Shown here: piece by piece, positions 39,506 through 48,547 of the stretch
How the letters are laid out: every line of letters begins with the position of its first letter
Numbering within the stretch: the stretch's first letter is position 1
Assembly: GCA_963676835.2 (NCBI GenBank)
Contig: CAXXFF010000001.1
Span: 352,001 to 416,000, forward strand
Reading direction: 5' to 3'
Source of the DNA: Marispirochaeta sp.
GTDB taxonomy: Bacteria > Spirochaetota > Spirochaetia > JC444 > Marispirochaetaceae
DNA: 64,000 nt
Translations under genes and position numbers: made by a program
The notes under the pieces: generated by a model
What the model saw: the letters and a program-made list of their open reading frames with translations, nothing else
What the model was told of the DNA's origin: nothing
Databases searched by the model: none

Positions 39506-39710
39506 TATTACCTCATATGAGCAATATATTTCCCATTATACTTCATTTTTCGCCTTTATGGGTAATTAATTTCCCTTTATAAGGTATTTTGTAGCATGAT
39601 AAAATATTTGAGGGGAAATATATACAATCTTTTCAGAAACAGCATATTTATATATTAAAAGAAAGATAAAGCACATAAATACCATAATAATGTGAACTTT
39701 TTTTCATTAC

Positions 39711-41204
39711 CTAAACCTTTAATCCATACTTCTCCAGCCAGTTTCCCAGGGTCTGATAGCTGGAAAGCCCCAGCAATTCCGCCGCCCGGGTCTTGTTCCC
39801 GTTGGCCTGCTTCATCGCCCTATCAAGATAGTGCACCGCCGCATCGGCAATAACACTTTCTATTGAAAAACCGTTCCCCAGGGGCTTATCCAGCACCCCG
39901 TCTGCCTGACTGCCCGCATCAAGAAGCGCATCCTTAACAGCAGTTTCATCAAGCTCCTTACCTCCGGAAAAGACAAAAGCCCGGGTGAGGGTGTTTATGA
40001 GCTCCCGGATATTCCCGGGCCAGGAGTGCCCGGTAACAGCCTTCATGGCGCTGACTGAAAGCAACTTCTCCTCCCATCCATGGGTGGATGAAAACTCCCG
40101 GTTAAGGTTTCGGCAGATATGCTCGACAAGCAGCGGCAGATCCCCGCCCCGCTCCCGCAAAGGTGGCAGTTTTATTATTCCGACTGCTATACGGTGAAAC
40201 AGATCCGCACGAAAGGTATTTTCTTCCGTCTCTTTTGCAAGAGTACGGTTGGTTGCACTTACCAGACGGAAGTTGACCTCCCGCTCTCTGGTTTCTCCCA
40301 GGCGGGTAATCTTTCTGTCATTCAGCACCCGCAGCAGCTTTACCTGCAGATCTTTCGAAAGCTCCCCTATTTCATCCAGGAACAGGGTACCCCCGTCTGC
40401 CTGTTCAATAAACCCCGGCCGTGCTTCAACTGCTCCGGTAAAGGCTCCCCGGGCATGGCCGAAGAGCGCCGACTCTGCCAGTGTTTCCGGTATCGCACCG
40501 CAGTTTACCGGAACAAAAGGGCCGTCCTTTCTGCTGGAGGCATTATGAATAGCCTTGGCAAAAAGTTCCTTACCTGTTCCGGACTCACCTAAAAGCAGCA
40601 CCGGCACTTCAAATACGGCAGCACGCTTGGCCTTGGCCACTGCCCGCTGCATTTCACCTGAAGTATGGATGATCGCATCGAATGCAGGGCTTTGAGGCAG
40701 AAGAGAATCATCAATAGCTGAGATATGGTGTTCCAGCCCCCTGGCCGGACGGTAGGCGGCAAGAATATCAAATGGAAGATGTACATCTTTCAGGCCCGTA
40801 TGCAGATGCGCCTCTACCAGGGCAGCTTCATATTTACCGCTGGCCAAAAGAATCCATACGGCAGCCATAGCGGGAGTCCCGGGGCTCAGATGAAAGGTAA
40901 GCTTACTGCCGCTCTTCTGCAGTTCTTCCAGAACAGTGTCAGCGGCATTATAGATTTCTTCGTAGTTTGTGGGACTGGTAAGGCTAACCTGGCGAAGATC
41001 GCATACGACCTTCGGAAACATGATTTCAAGCCAGGAGCAGTAATGACTGCTGCGGTCTTCAGGATAATTGCTCAAAAGAACCACCCGGGCAAACCGGCCT
41101 GATTCAAGGGCGGACCCTATGGGCCCCTTTTCCGTGTTACCCCCGTCTCCGGCGGCATTAAGATCGTGCTGTCCAAGCCATGTGCAGAGAACATTTACCG
41201 ACAT
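39711..41204 (-). CDS. sigma54-dependent enhancer-binding protein with RtcR/CARF-like N-terminal domain
   Basis: AAA+ motifs [36 protein letters not shown]; Fis [15 protein letters not shown]-domain WLGQHD...SPTNY..IY...[10 protein letters not shown]. Confidence 0.85.
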   Translation of the reverse strand: MSVNVLCTWLGQHDLNAAGDGGNTEKGPIGSALESGRFARVVLLSNYPEDRSSHYCSWLEIMFPKVVCDLRQVSLTSPTNYEEIYNAADTVLEELQKSGSKLTFHLSPGTPAMAAVWILLASGKYEAALVEAHLHTGLKDVHLPFDILAAYRPARGLEHHISAIDDSLLPQSPAFDAIIHTSGEMQRAVAKAKRAAVFEVPVLLLGESGTGKELFAKAIHNASSRKDGPFVPVNCGAIPETLAESALFGHARGAFTGAVEARPGFIEQADGGTLFLDEIGELSKDLQVKLLRVLNDRKITRLGETREREVNFRLVSATNRTLAKETEENTFRADLFHRIAVGIIKLPPLRERGGDLPLLVEHICRNLNREFSSTHGWEEKLLSVSAMKAVTGHSWPGNIRELINTLTRAFVFSGGKELDETAVKDALLDAGSQADGVLDKPLGNGFSIESVIADAAVHYLDRAMKQANGNKTRAAELLGLSSYQTLGNWLEKYGLKV

Positions 41205-41420
41205 GAAGAGAGTATAAAATATTGGAAACTTGTCCACAAGATATTTTATGTGCGGTTAAAATGATTTACCTGATTCTCGTATCTATTGAGGCCTGAAGGA
41301 TTTTAACAGGGTCATAGGTCAATAGGTCAATAGGTATACTATCTTCATTATTGTTTATGAAATTGAGTTGAAGTACCCGGTATCCATGAGTATCTGAAAC
41401 AAATAGAGCCATTGCGCCGT

Positions 41421-41729
41421 CTACGCCAGAAACTGATAGACCGACATCATGGTGGCGAGGATAACAAAACCAAGGGACATAAAGCGGAACATCATATCGA
41501 AACGTTTATCTACGGAGGCAAAGCGCTCATCCATTCGTTTAAAGCCCTCTTCCATGCGGGTGTCAATACACAGAATTGCTTCCCGGAATTCAGAATGCTC
41601 TTTTTCGTTCCGGTCCTGCCTCGCAAGGTTCTCTGTAAGAATGGTAATATAACGGTGCAGAGATCGCTTGTTTTTAACCTCTACAGCTTCCTCGAGTTCC
41701 TGCTCCAGAATGTCTGCCAGTGATTCCAT
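41421..41729 (-). CDS. Small coiled-coil protein with C-terminal membrane anchor, short copy (102 aa)
   Basis: AGGAG RBS 6 nt before ATG 41729; paralogue of 41841..42269. Confidence 0.8.
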   Translation of the reverse strand: MESLADILEQELEEAVEVKNKRSLHRYITILTENLARQDRNEKEHSEFREAILCIDTRMEEGFKRMDERFASVDKRFDMMFRFMSLGFVILATMMSVYQFLA

Positions 41730-41840
41730 GGTCATCTCCTTAAATATACTGTATTTATACCCATTAATACAGCTGGAACCTCTCTTATGCTTCACGAGGC
41801 TTAATAGCACCTGTAAAAATGTAACAAAGAAATGAATATT

Positions 41841-42269
41841 CTACGCCAGAAACTGGTAGACCGACATCATGGTAGCGAGGATAACAAAGCCAAGAGTCAT
41901 AAAGCGGAACATCATATCGAATCGTTTATCCACTGCGGCAAAACGCTCATCCATGGATTTTTGGTTCGATTCAAATCGGTCGTCCATGGACTTATGCATT
42001 AATTCAAATCGGTCGTCCATAGTTTTCTGCATAGATTCAAAACGTCTGTCCATTGAAGTAAACCGTTCATCCATACGCTTGAAGCCCGCTTCCATGCGGG
42101 TGTCAATACGCAGAATTGCTTCCCGGAATTCAGAATGCTCTTTTTCGTTCCGGTCCTGCTTCGCGAGATTCTCTGTAAGAATGGTGATATACCGGTGTAG
42201 AAAACCTTTGTCCTTTACTTCAAAGGCTCCTTCGAGTTCCTGCTCCAGAATGTCTGCCAGTGATTCCAT
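41841..42269 (-). CDS. Coiled-coil protein with C-terminal membrane anchor, long copy (142 aa)
   Basis: Same head and tail as the short copy plus 40 extra repeat residues (RFxSMxKxMDD-type). Confidence 0.8.
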   Translation of the reverse strand: MESLADILEQELEGAFEVKDKGFLHRYITILTENLAKQDRNEKEHSEFREAILRIDTRMEAGFKRMDERFTSMDRRFESMQKTMDDRFELMHKSMDDRFESNQKSMDERFAAVDKRFDMMFRFMTLGFVILATMMSVYQFLA

Positions 42270-42336
42270 GGTCATCTCCTAAAATATACTGTATTTATAC
42301 CCATTAATACAGCGGGAACCTGTCCCATGCTTCACC

Positions 42337-42398
42337 GAAAGGAGAAAGGAGAAAGGAGAAAGGAGAAAGGAAAGGAAAGGAAAGGAAAGGAAAGGAGA
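42337..42398 (+). repeat. Compound pure-purine microsatellite (GAAAGGA)4-GAAAGG-(AAAGG)5-AGA
   Basis: Read directly: 62 nt without a pyrimidine. Confidence 0.95.
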
Positions 42399-43379
42399 TC
42401 AGATAAAATCTTTAACCAGGTTTTTCAGATCTTCAGCAACCTTCGCATCAGAAAAAAGATCATCAATAACATTCGCTATTTCGGCAGCCTTCAGTTTTAA
42501 CCCCTTCATGCCTTCGGCTAACTCCTCAAAAGGCTGATCAAGCAGACTGTCGGAACTGACTATACATGATTCAATTACACCACTGACAACTGACAGGTCC
42601 ATGACAATTACGCCCCATTCGAATTTACGGCTGTGACTTATTGCCGCCCGGGGACTCTTTGCAACCGTCCATTGCCAGTCGGCATAGAATGAACTGTAAT
42701 CGGCAATCACACTGCTGTCCGGTGTTTCTTTCGCCGTCAAACTCCCCGCATATTCCCGATCGAAGGAGTCAACCAGGGCTGATTTTAATCCTTCAATGGT
42801 AAGGCTGCTGTTCAGCTCCTTCAGGTTGACTACCCGTGAACGGACGGATTCAATACCTTTATCCTGAAGTTTAATCTTCGGCGGTGTCAGGTAACTGCCA
42901 AGCTCCTGCATATTAACATCCACCAGCAGTGTTCCGTGATGACACTGTACGGACTTGCCATTAATAAATGCGTTACCGGAAAACTTCATATTATCCACGG
43001 CAATATCGTTTCTTCCGGTTTGTACCGCTTCAATGCCCCAGGGTTTTAAAGCTTCAAGAATAACCTTGAAGTGCCGGTTCTGATCGTAGTTTTCACGGTG
43101 GGCAATAAAGGTAAAATTCAGATTCCCCAGATCGTGAAAAACAGCACCGCCGCCGGATCGTCTGCGCACAAGATGAATCCCGTTTTTTTCCAGATTAATC
43201 AGGTTGCATTCCTTGTAGGGATTCTGGTGCTTTCCGATGACTATGGTTTTTCTGTTCTGCCACAGATAGAGAATAACTTCATCCTGCTTACATATGGAAA
43301 TCAGATAGTCCTCCAGCCCCAGGTTCTCTGCAGGGTTAAACCCGGAGGAGATATATACAGATTTTTTCAGTTCCAACAT
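42399..43379 (-). CDS. lplA: Lipoate-protein ligase A
   Basis: LYLWQN..TIVIGKHQNP, RRRSGGGAVFHDLGNLNFTF, GRNDI, KFSGNA, HHGTLL, SVRSRV.NL. Confidence 0.93.
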   Translation of the reverse strand: MLELKKSVYISSGFNPAENLGLEDYLISICKQDEVILYLWQNRKTIVIGKHQNPYKECNLINLEKNGIHLVRRRSGGGAVFHDLGNLNFTFIAHRENYDQNRHFKVILEALKPWGIEAVQTGRNDIAVDNMKFSGNAFINGKSVQCHHGTLLVDVNMQELGSYLTPPKIKLQDKGIESVRSRVVNLKELNSSLTIEGLKSALVDSFDREYAGSLTAKETPDSSVIADYSSFYADWQWTVAKSPRAAISHSRKFEWGVIVMDLSVVSGVIESCIVSSDSLLDQPFEELAEGMKGLKLKAAEIANVIDDLFSDAKVAEDLKNLVKDFI

Positions 43380-43425
43380 ATAATTCCTTTTAAACTAACA
43401 TACTGACATTCTGATTTTTTAGAAC

Positions 43426-44229
43426 TTATGCTTTTCCACCCTGATGCTCACCGTCATCATTTTTCTCTTTAGTGTGCTCCCCTTTATTATCCTCTTCACT
43501 ATTATTTTCTTCACTGTTCTCAAAGGTAAACTCAAAGGATGCATTGGGGTATTCGGGGTAAAGATAGGCCCGGGTAAAGGCTTCTATCCCTGCAACTGCT
43601 TCCTTCAGACTCTCCGTGGGTTTTTTGCCATAGCGGGCTATCTGAACTATGAATTCAAACTTCAGCTTCTCGTGATGGGATATATTGTTAAGGGTGTCAA
43701 AAATCAGGCGTTCTACGTCGTAGGCCAGCCGTTTTTCGTCCATATGCCCGATAAAAAAGACAATACTTTTACCGTCTTCGATAACCTTGTCAGTCTCCAT
43801 GGCATTACAGCTGCTCTCTTCAATTTCCGGATACCCGACGGTATAGAAGATATTGTTTTCCACATTGCTGAACTGCAGGCTGCCAATAGGTTCCAGGGTT
43901 TCAAGATTTATCATCTGATAATACACGAGCCCTTTCTCAACCTTAGAATGGTATGCCTTGTAGAGAAAATAGTGAACCTGCTTTCCTTTTACATCCATGG
44001 AAGCAAGATCGCTGACAACAAAGGCTGTTGATTCTCCCAGACTATCCAGAGTGGCAGTGACAAAATCATTACTGAAAGATTCCATCTCTATTTTCCGTAT
44101 ACTTTCGCTTTTCTGCTGTATCCACATACGGTTGGGACGGGAAACGGCCTGGTCTTTTCTGGCGAGAAAAGTTTCATTTATTTCTTTTATGAGGGACTGT
44201 AACGACACTGCTGCTTGTAGATATTCCAT
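43426..44229 (-). CDS. Hypothetical protein with acidic C-terminal tail
   Basis: 267-aa ORF co-oriented with its neighbours; no motif recognised. Confidence 0.65.
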   Translation of the reverse strand: MEYLQAAVSLQSLIKEINETFLARKDQAVSRPNRMWIQQKSESIRKIEMESFSNDFVTATLDSLGESTAFVVSDLASMDVKGKQVHYFLYKAYHSKVEKGLVYYQMINLETLEPIGSLQFSNVENNIFYTVGYPEIEESSCNAMETDKVIEDGKSIVFFIGHMDEKRLAYDVERLIFDTLNNISHHEKLKFEFIVQIARYGKKPTESLKEAVAGIEAFTRAYLYPEYPNASFEFTFENSEENNSEEDNKGEHTKEKNDDGEHQGGKA

Positions 44230-44364
44230 GACTCAACCCTGCTGCCTTTTTCGATCTCTCTATCTATATCAGTTCAATAATCCGACGGGAAAGTTACTGA
44301 TTTTGTAATAAATAGTTTAGCAGGAATTCCAGTTCGTTTACAGCAGAAACAACCGGTAAGACAC

Positions 44365-44883
44365 TTAATCCAAATAGACAGACTGGGAAAAAGAGGCGGA
44401 AAAGTGAAACTCAACCCGGTCCCGAAGGTTTTTTCCGTTTTTAGCGAAATAAACCAGATCATCGCTGGAACTGAACTCCTTTAAATGGAGCCGCCAGGTG
44501 TTATTCGGCAGAGTTTCCGGATACAGAAAGTAAATCATCCCGGGTTGTGCATTAATATCAATTTCCACTGCATCACCTACAGTCTTCCCACTGTTGTAAA
44601 ATACTGTTCTCAGGGTATATCCGCCGGGTTGTATATCGAAGGTGTACGGCATGGACATGGGAGACGGTTGATCCTTGGTAAAAGGCCAGAGGTTCTCACC
44701 GGTTTTCAGAATACTAAGACCAACCGGATAAAGATAGCGACCCATTACAATAACAGAAACATTTTCGCGTTCACCGGGATTTCCATGATAAAAGTAATAC
44801 CGGGAATCACTGCTTGTCTGGCAGCCGGCAATAATAAAAATGGCGGCAAAAAGAAAAAAAAGAATTATGTATTTTTTTGACAT
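44365..44883 (-). CDS. Hypothetical lipoprotein
   Basis: MSKKYIILFFLFAAIFIIAGC lipobox; AGGA RBS. Confidence 0.7.
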   Translation of the reverse strand: MSKKYIILFFLFAAIFIIAGCQTSSDSRYYFYHGNPGERENVSVIVMGRYLYPVGLSILKTGENLWPFTKDQPSPMSMPYTFDIQPGGYTLRTVFYNSGKTVGDAVEIDINAQPGMIYFLYPETLPNNTWRLHLKEFSSSDDLVYFAKNGKNLRDRVEFHFSASFSQSVYLD

Positions 44884-44965
44884 AGCTATATTCCTGTGAA
44901 TAATCTCATTTCAATATAGCATATTTCATTGCGGAAAACATAAAATTTCTATACCGTATAGAACT

Positions 44966-46102
44966 ATGAGTACAATTTGGACCAAGACAAACACAGACAG
45001 AAAAAGACTGAGTGAAGATATTGCAGTACTGCTGAATGCTGCCGGTGCGGACGACTGGCTGGGAATGCCCGAAGCTCCTGTGCTGTTGAAACCCAATCTG
45101 GTTGTCGGCAAACCTGCGTCATCGGGGGCTACAACTACCCCTGAAATTGTTGCGGGTCTCATAGAGTGGCTCCTTGAAAAGGGTTTTAAAAATCTTGCCA
45201 TTTCCGAGGGTTCCTGGGTGGGAGATTCCACCGCCAGAGCCTTTAAAACCTGCGGATATACCGCCCTGAGCAAACACTACAATATACCGCTGATTGATCT
45301 GCAGAAAGACGATTCCGTCGAGGTTGAAACCCCTGCGGGGACCTTTGAAATCTGCAGAACCATCGCAGACCTTGAGTTCAACGGTGGTAGCCTGATCAAT
45401 ATGCCCCTGGTAAAAGGCCACGGCCAGACCCATATGACCTGTGCCCTCAAGAATATGAAAGGCTGTATCCCCGACTCCGAAAAACGGCGCTATCACCGTT
45501 TGGGAGTACATAAACCGGTGGCAGTAGTCAACACCATTATTAAACCTGCCTTTGCCCTGGTGGACGGACTGAATCCTGATCCTTACTGGGAAGAGGGAGG
45601 AAGCCCTGAGAAGCGGGACCTTCTTCTGGTTGGAAGAGATCCTGTAGCCATGGACAGCTACGCATGCAAACTGCTGGGCATGACCGATGAGGATGTGCAG
45701 TATGTTGGACTCGCAGAGCAGCTCGGTATAGGTACAGGCCATATTTCCGATGAAGATATTATCAACCTTGACGGCGCTGCGGTTGAAGCAAGCGCTGCCA
45801 GACAGGAAAAATCAGAAGTAAAGGAATGGATCGACAATCTGGTCGATCAGCAGTCCGCCTGCTCCTCGTGTTTCGGGAACCTGGCATCCGCACTGCGGGC
45901 CCTCCAGGAAGAGTATCCTGATTTTATCAAGACAAGCTCTCCCGGCCTCTGTATCGGCCAGGACTTTCAGGGCGTGAAACTTCCCGGAGACAAACGGGGG
46001 ATCGGAATCTGTACCGTTACCGGCAGCAATCAATCCCTGAAAGGCTGCCCACCATCCCGGGACAGAATGATTGAGTACCTGAAAAAAGAGTATTCACTGT
46101 AA
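44966..46102 (+). CDS. DUF362-family Fe-S protein
   Basis: VLLKPNLV, ATTTPE, K.H...MTCALKNMKG, DPVAMD, ACSSC, GIC...GCPP. Confidence 0.85.
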   Translation: MSTIWTKTNTDRKRLSEDIAVLLNAAGADDWLGMPEAPVLLKPNLVVGKPASSGATTTPEIVAGLIEWLLEKGFKNLAISEGSWVGDSTARAFKTCGYTALSKHYNIPLIDLQKDDSVEVETPAGTFEICRTIADLEFNGGSLINMPLVKGHGQTHMTCALKNMKGCIPDSEKRRYHRLGVHKPVAVVNTIIKPAFALVDGLNPDPYWEEGGSPEKRDLLLVGRDPVAMDSYACKLLGMTDEDVQYVGLAEQLGIGTGHISDEDIINLDGAAVEASAARQEKSEVKEWIDNLVDQQSACSSCFGNLASALRALQEEYPDFIKTSSPGLCIGQDFQGVKLPGDKRGIGICTVTGSNQSLKGCPPSRDRMIEYLKKEYSL

Positions 46103-46107
46103 TTTAA

Positions 46108-46183
46108 AGGCACTTCTAAAAACATAGTATTTTTGCCATAGCCCAGGGGGATATGGAGAAAAGAGTAGTTTTTGAGGCGGCCT
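46108..46183. mobile_element. MITE-like element, internally deleted copy
   Basis: Ends AGGCACTTCTAAAAAC...GTTTTTGAGGCGGCCT; matches both ends of 49363-49519. Confidence 0.7.
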
Positions 46184-46267
46184 TATTCCATAACATCCCC
46201 GGCATGTTCCTCTGCCGGGGATATTTCCATTTACCCACAATTTTCTACAGCATCAGGGAAATCCGCA

Positions 46268-47005
46268 ATGAAAAACAAAACTATCGTTACACTGATTATT
46301 TCACTGGCAGTCTCATCGGTACTGCTTTTCGCGCTTCACTTTTTTCTGTTTCATGACCTCCATCATATTGCCATCTACACAGTTCACGATCTGGCTTTTC
46401 TGCCGGTAGAAGTACTGATTGTATCACTCTTTCTTCATGGGATTATTGAGTCGGATCAAAAAAAGCAGATGATGGAGAAGATGAACATAGCAATTGGTAT
46501 GTTCTTCAGTGACGGCGGTACAGAGCTCCTGAAAATGATAACCGGCCTGGACAAGGGTTCTGAAGGAATAAGCCGTCATCTGCAGATTAATCCAAACTGG
46601 AAGAGAGATAATTTTAGAGATGCTGCACAAGCCATTGAACAGTACGAAGGAAATCTGCAGGCATCCATGCCCAGCCTGAAAGAGCTTGAAACTTTTCTCA
46701 GTGCAAAGCGGGACACTGTTATGCGGCTGCTGGAGAACCCCAACCTGATGGAGCATGAATACTTTACCGATCTTCTCTGGGCGGTATTTCACCTGGCAGA
46801 AGAACTGATAGCCCGTCATGGACTTTCAGAACTGCCGGAGAACGATTTGAAACACGTAGCCATTGATATAATGAGGGTATACCGGCTGCTGCTGCGGGAA
46901 TGGCTTAAATACATGAAGCATCTGCAGAAACAATATCCCTACCTGTTCTCCATGGCAGTCAGAACAAATCCTCTCAATAAAAACGCTGAGGTGATCTTTA
47001 AATAA
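46268..47005 (+). CDS. Conserved-looking hypothetical membrane protein
   Basis: Two N-terminal TM helices; DLAFLPVEVLIV, RLLENPNLMEHEYFTDLLWAVFHLAEEL, YPYLFS.AVRTNP. Confidence 0.75.
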   Translation: MKNKTIVTLIISLAVSSVLLFALHFFLFHDLHHIAIYTVHDLAFLPVEVLIVSLFLHGIIESDQKKQMMEKMNIAIGMFFSDGGTELLKMITGLDKGSEGISRHLQINPNWKRDNFRDAAQAIEQYEGNLQASMPSLKELETFLSAKRDTVMRLLENPNLMEHEYFTDLLWAVFHLAEELIARHGLSELPENDLKHVAIDIMRVYRLLLREWLKYMKHLQKQYPYLFSMAVRTNPLNKNAEVIFK

Positions 47006-47007
47006 GC

Positions 47008-47031
47008 GCACCCTTCGAAGACTCAGGGTGC
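47008..47031. terminator. Hairpin between convergent genes
   Basis: GCACCCT-TCGAAGACTC-AGGGTGC. Confidence 0.45.
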
Positions 47032-47059
47032 CCTATTAAGAATCCATACACAGCCGGTA

Positions 47060-48541
47060 TCAACCAAGCGGGGAGTACATGGTGTTCAGGCTGGCGGCAT
47101 ATTGCCGGTAACGGTTAAAACAGCTCTTATAGAGTTCATGCTCTTTTGTATCGGGTGAATAACTGGTCATACCGGCAGATTGGGACATTCCGCTTTGCAG
47201 TTTGCCCAGTCTTTCAAGTCCATATACAGCAGCACCATAGCAGGAGTCTATTCCCTTGACCGCGGTTAGTTTCCTGTTTAGCAGTGTGCTCAGTGTCTGC
47301 ATCAGAACCCGGTTGGATCCGCCGCCGCCGACCACAAGTACTGTTTCCGGTAAATTTTCTGCACCACCCAGTGCAAGTAGAGCATCACACAGAGAGTAGG
47401 CAACTCCCTCCAGGACTGAGCGGGCAAAATGAGGTGACCCATGGCGGAAAGATATTCCGGTAAAGCTTCCACGGAGATCGGCATTCCAGTACGGGGTCCT
47501 TTCACCGGAAAGATAGGGATGAAACAACAGTCCTTCACAACCGGAAGGTGCCTCTGACGCAAGAGCTTCCAGCGCGGCAAACCCTTCCCGGTTCCGTTCA
47601 AGCCCGGCAGATTCCATTGCCCAGTTGATGGCGGAACCGGCGGAGTTGGTTCCCGCCTGGGAGTACCATAGATTATCCGCCAGGTATGGATAGGTAAGCA
47701 GCCCCCGCACAGGAGAAGGATTCTCCTTAATAATGTGAATCCCGCCGGCTGTCCCTATGCGGATAACATAGTCTCCGGACTGACGTGCCCCGGCCCCCCA
47801 TGTTTCCATGGCACTGTCGAGGGCACCGCTGAGTACCGGAATTCCCTCCCTGAGGCCGAGCAATGCGGCTCCATCTGCATGCAGAACACCAACGATCTCG
47901 TCCGCCGGAGTAATCCGGGGCAGCTGTTCCGTTTTTATCCCTGCCATGGCTGCAAGTTCTTCAGACCAGCTCTCCGTGGCCGTATTGCAGAGCATGGAAG
48001 AGACAGCAGTTGCAAAATCCGTAGTCCAGGCGCCGGTAAGGTGATGGATGAGGTAATCCTTGCTGAAACTTACCCGCTCCACACGGGAAAGTATTTCCGG
48101 TTCATTCCTCTGTATCCAGAGGAAATGAGGCAGTGTCCAGGTGGGTGCTACCTGGTTGCAGGTTTGTTTAAAAATAAAATCATCCGCGCTGTTCTTCAGC
48201 TCTTCCACTTCTGAGGAAGACCGCTGATCGCTCCACAGCAGGGCACGGCGAAGACTGCCTCCTTCGTTATCAGACAGAACACCGATATGGGCTGCGCAGG
48301 TAGGGATTACTGCAGCAATCCGCCGGGGATCAATTCCTGTATCAGCAAGCAGACGGCGGGATGCTGCAGCGACAGCATTAAGCCAGTCCGCCGGTTCCTG
48401 CTCGGCCCAACCGGCTTTTTCTGACCAGGTTGGATATCCTTCCACTGCACTGCCTATGGTCTGTCCGGTTACATCGACAATGGCAAGCTTGCACGAACTC
48501 GTACCGAGATCTATGCCCAGTATGCAGTCAGATTCTTTCAC
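47060..48541 (-). CDS. FGGY-family carbohydrate kinase (xylulokinase-like)
   Basis: LGIDLGTSSCK, GWAEQEP, LLWSDQRS, PYLSGERTP, VLEGVAY, GGG. Confidence 0.9.
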   Translation of the reverse strand: MKESDCILGIDLGTSSCKLAIVDVTGQTIGSAVEGYPTWSEKAGWAEQEPADWLNAVAAASRRLLADTGIDPRRIAAVIPTCAAHIGVLSDNEGGSLRRALLWSDQRSSSEVEELKNSADDFIFKQTCNQVAPTWTLPHFLWIQRNEPEILSRVERVSFSKDYLIHHLTGAWTTDFATAVSSMLCNTATESWSEELAAMAGIKTEQLPRITPADEIVGVLHADGAALLGLREGIPVLSGALDSAMETWGAGARQSGDYVIRIGTAGGIHIIKENPSPVRGLLTYPYLADNLWYSQAGTNSAGSAINWAMESAGLERNREGFAALEALASEAPSGCEGLLFHPYLSGERTPYWNADLRGSFTGISFRHGSPHFARSVLEGVAYSLCDALLALGGAENLPETVLVVGGGGSNRVLMQTLSTLLNRKLTAVKGIDSCYGAAVYGLERLGKLQSGMSQSAGMTSYSPDTKEHELYKSCFNRYRQYAASLNTMYSPLG

Positions 48542-48547
48542 GAAGAG

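Larger units (their letters stand above)
41421..42335. repeat. Tandem duplication: units 41421-41795 and 41841-42335
   Basis: Both units start CTACGCCAGAAACTG and end ATGCTTCAC; lengths 375 and 495 bp. Confidence 0.9.

Noticed and set aside
41311..41336. Short tandem repeat of TAGGTCAA (about 2.5 copies)
   Set aside because: Too short for an iteron or CRISPR array; no spacers; no promoter spacing fits.
41749..41772. LexA SOS box
   Set aside because: The CTGT...ACAG arms are 16 nt apart, not the 8 of the E. coli-type box; kept only as an unassigned inverted repeat.
41940..42080. Repeated TCAAATCGGTCGTCCAT units as a CRISPR or DGR-type array
   Set aside because: They are in-frame 33-bp coding repeats of the coiled-coil gene; no cas or reverse transcriptase gene in the window.
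43444..44031. 195-aa plus-strand ORF
   Set aside because: Antisense to the longer 267-aa ORF that is co-oriented with its neighbours.
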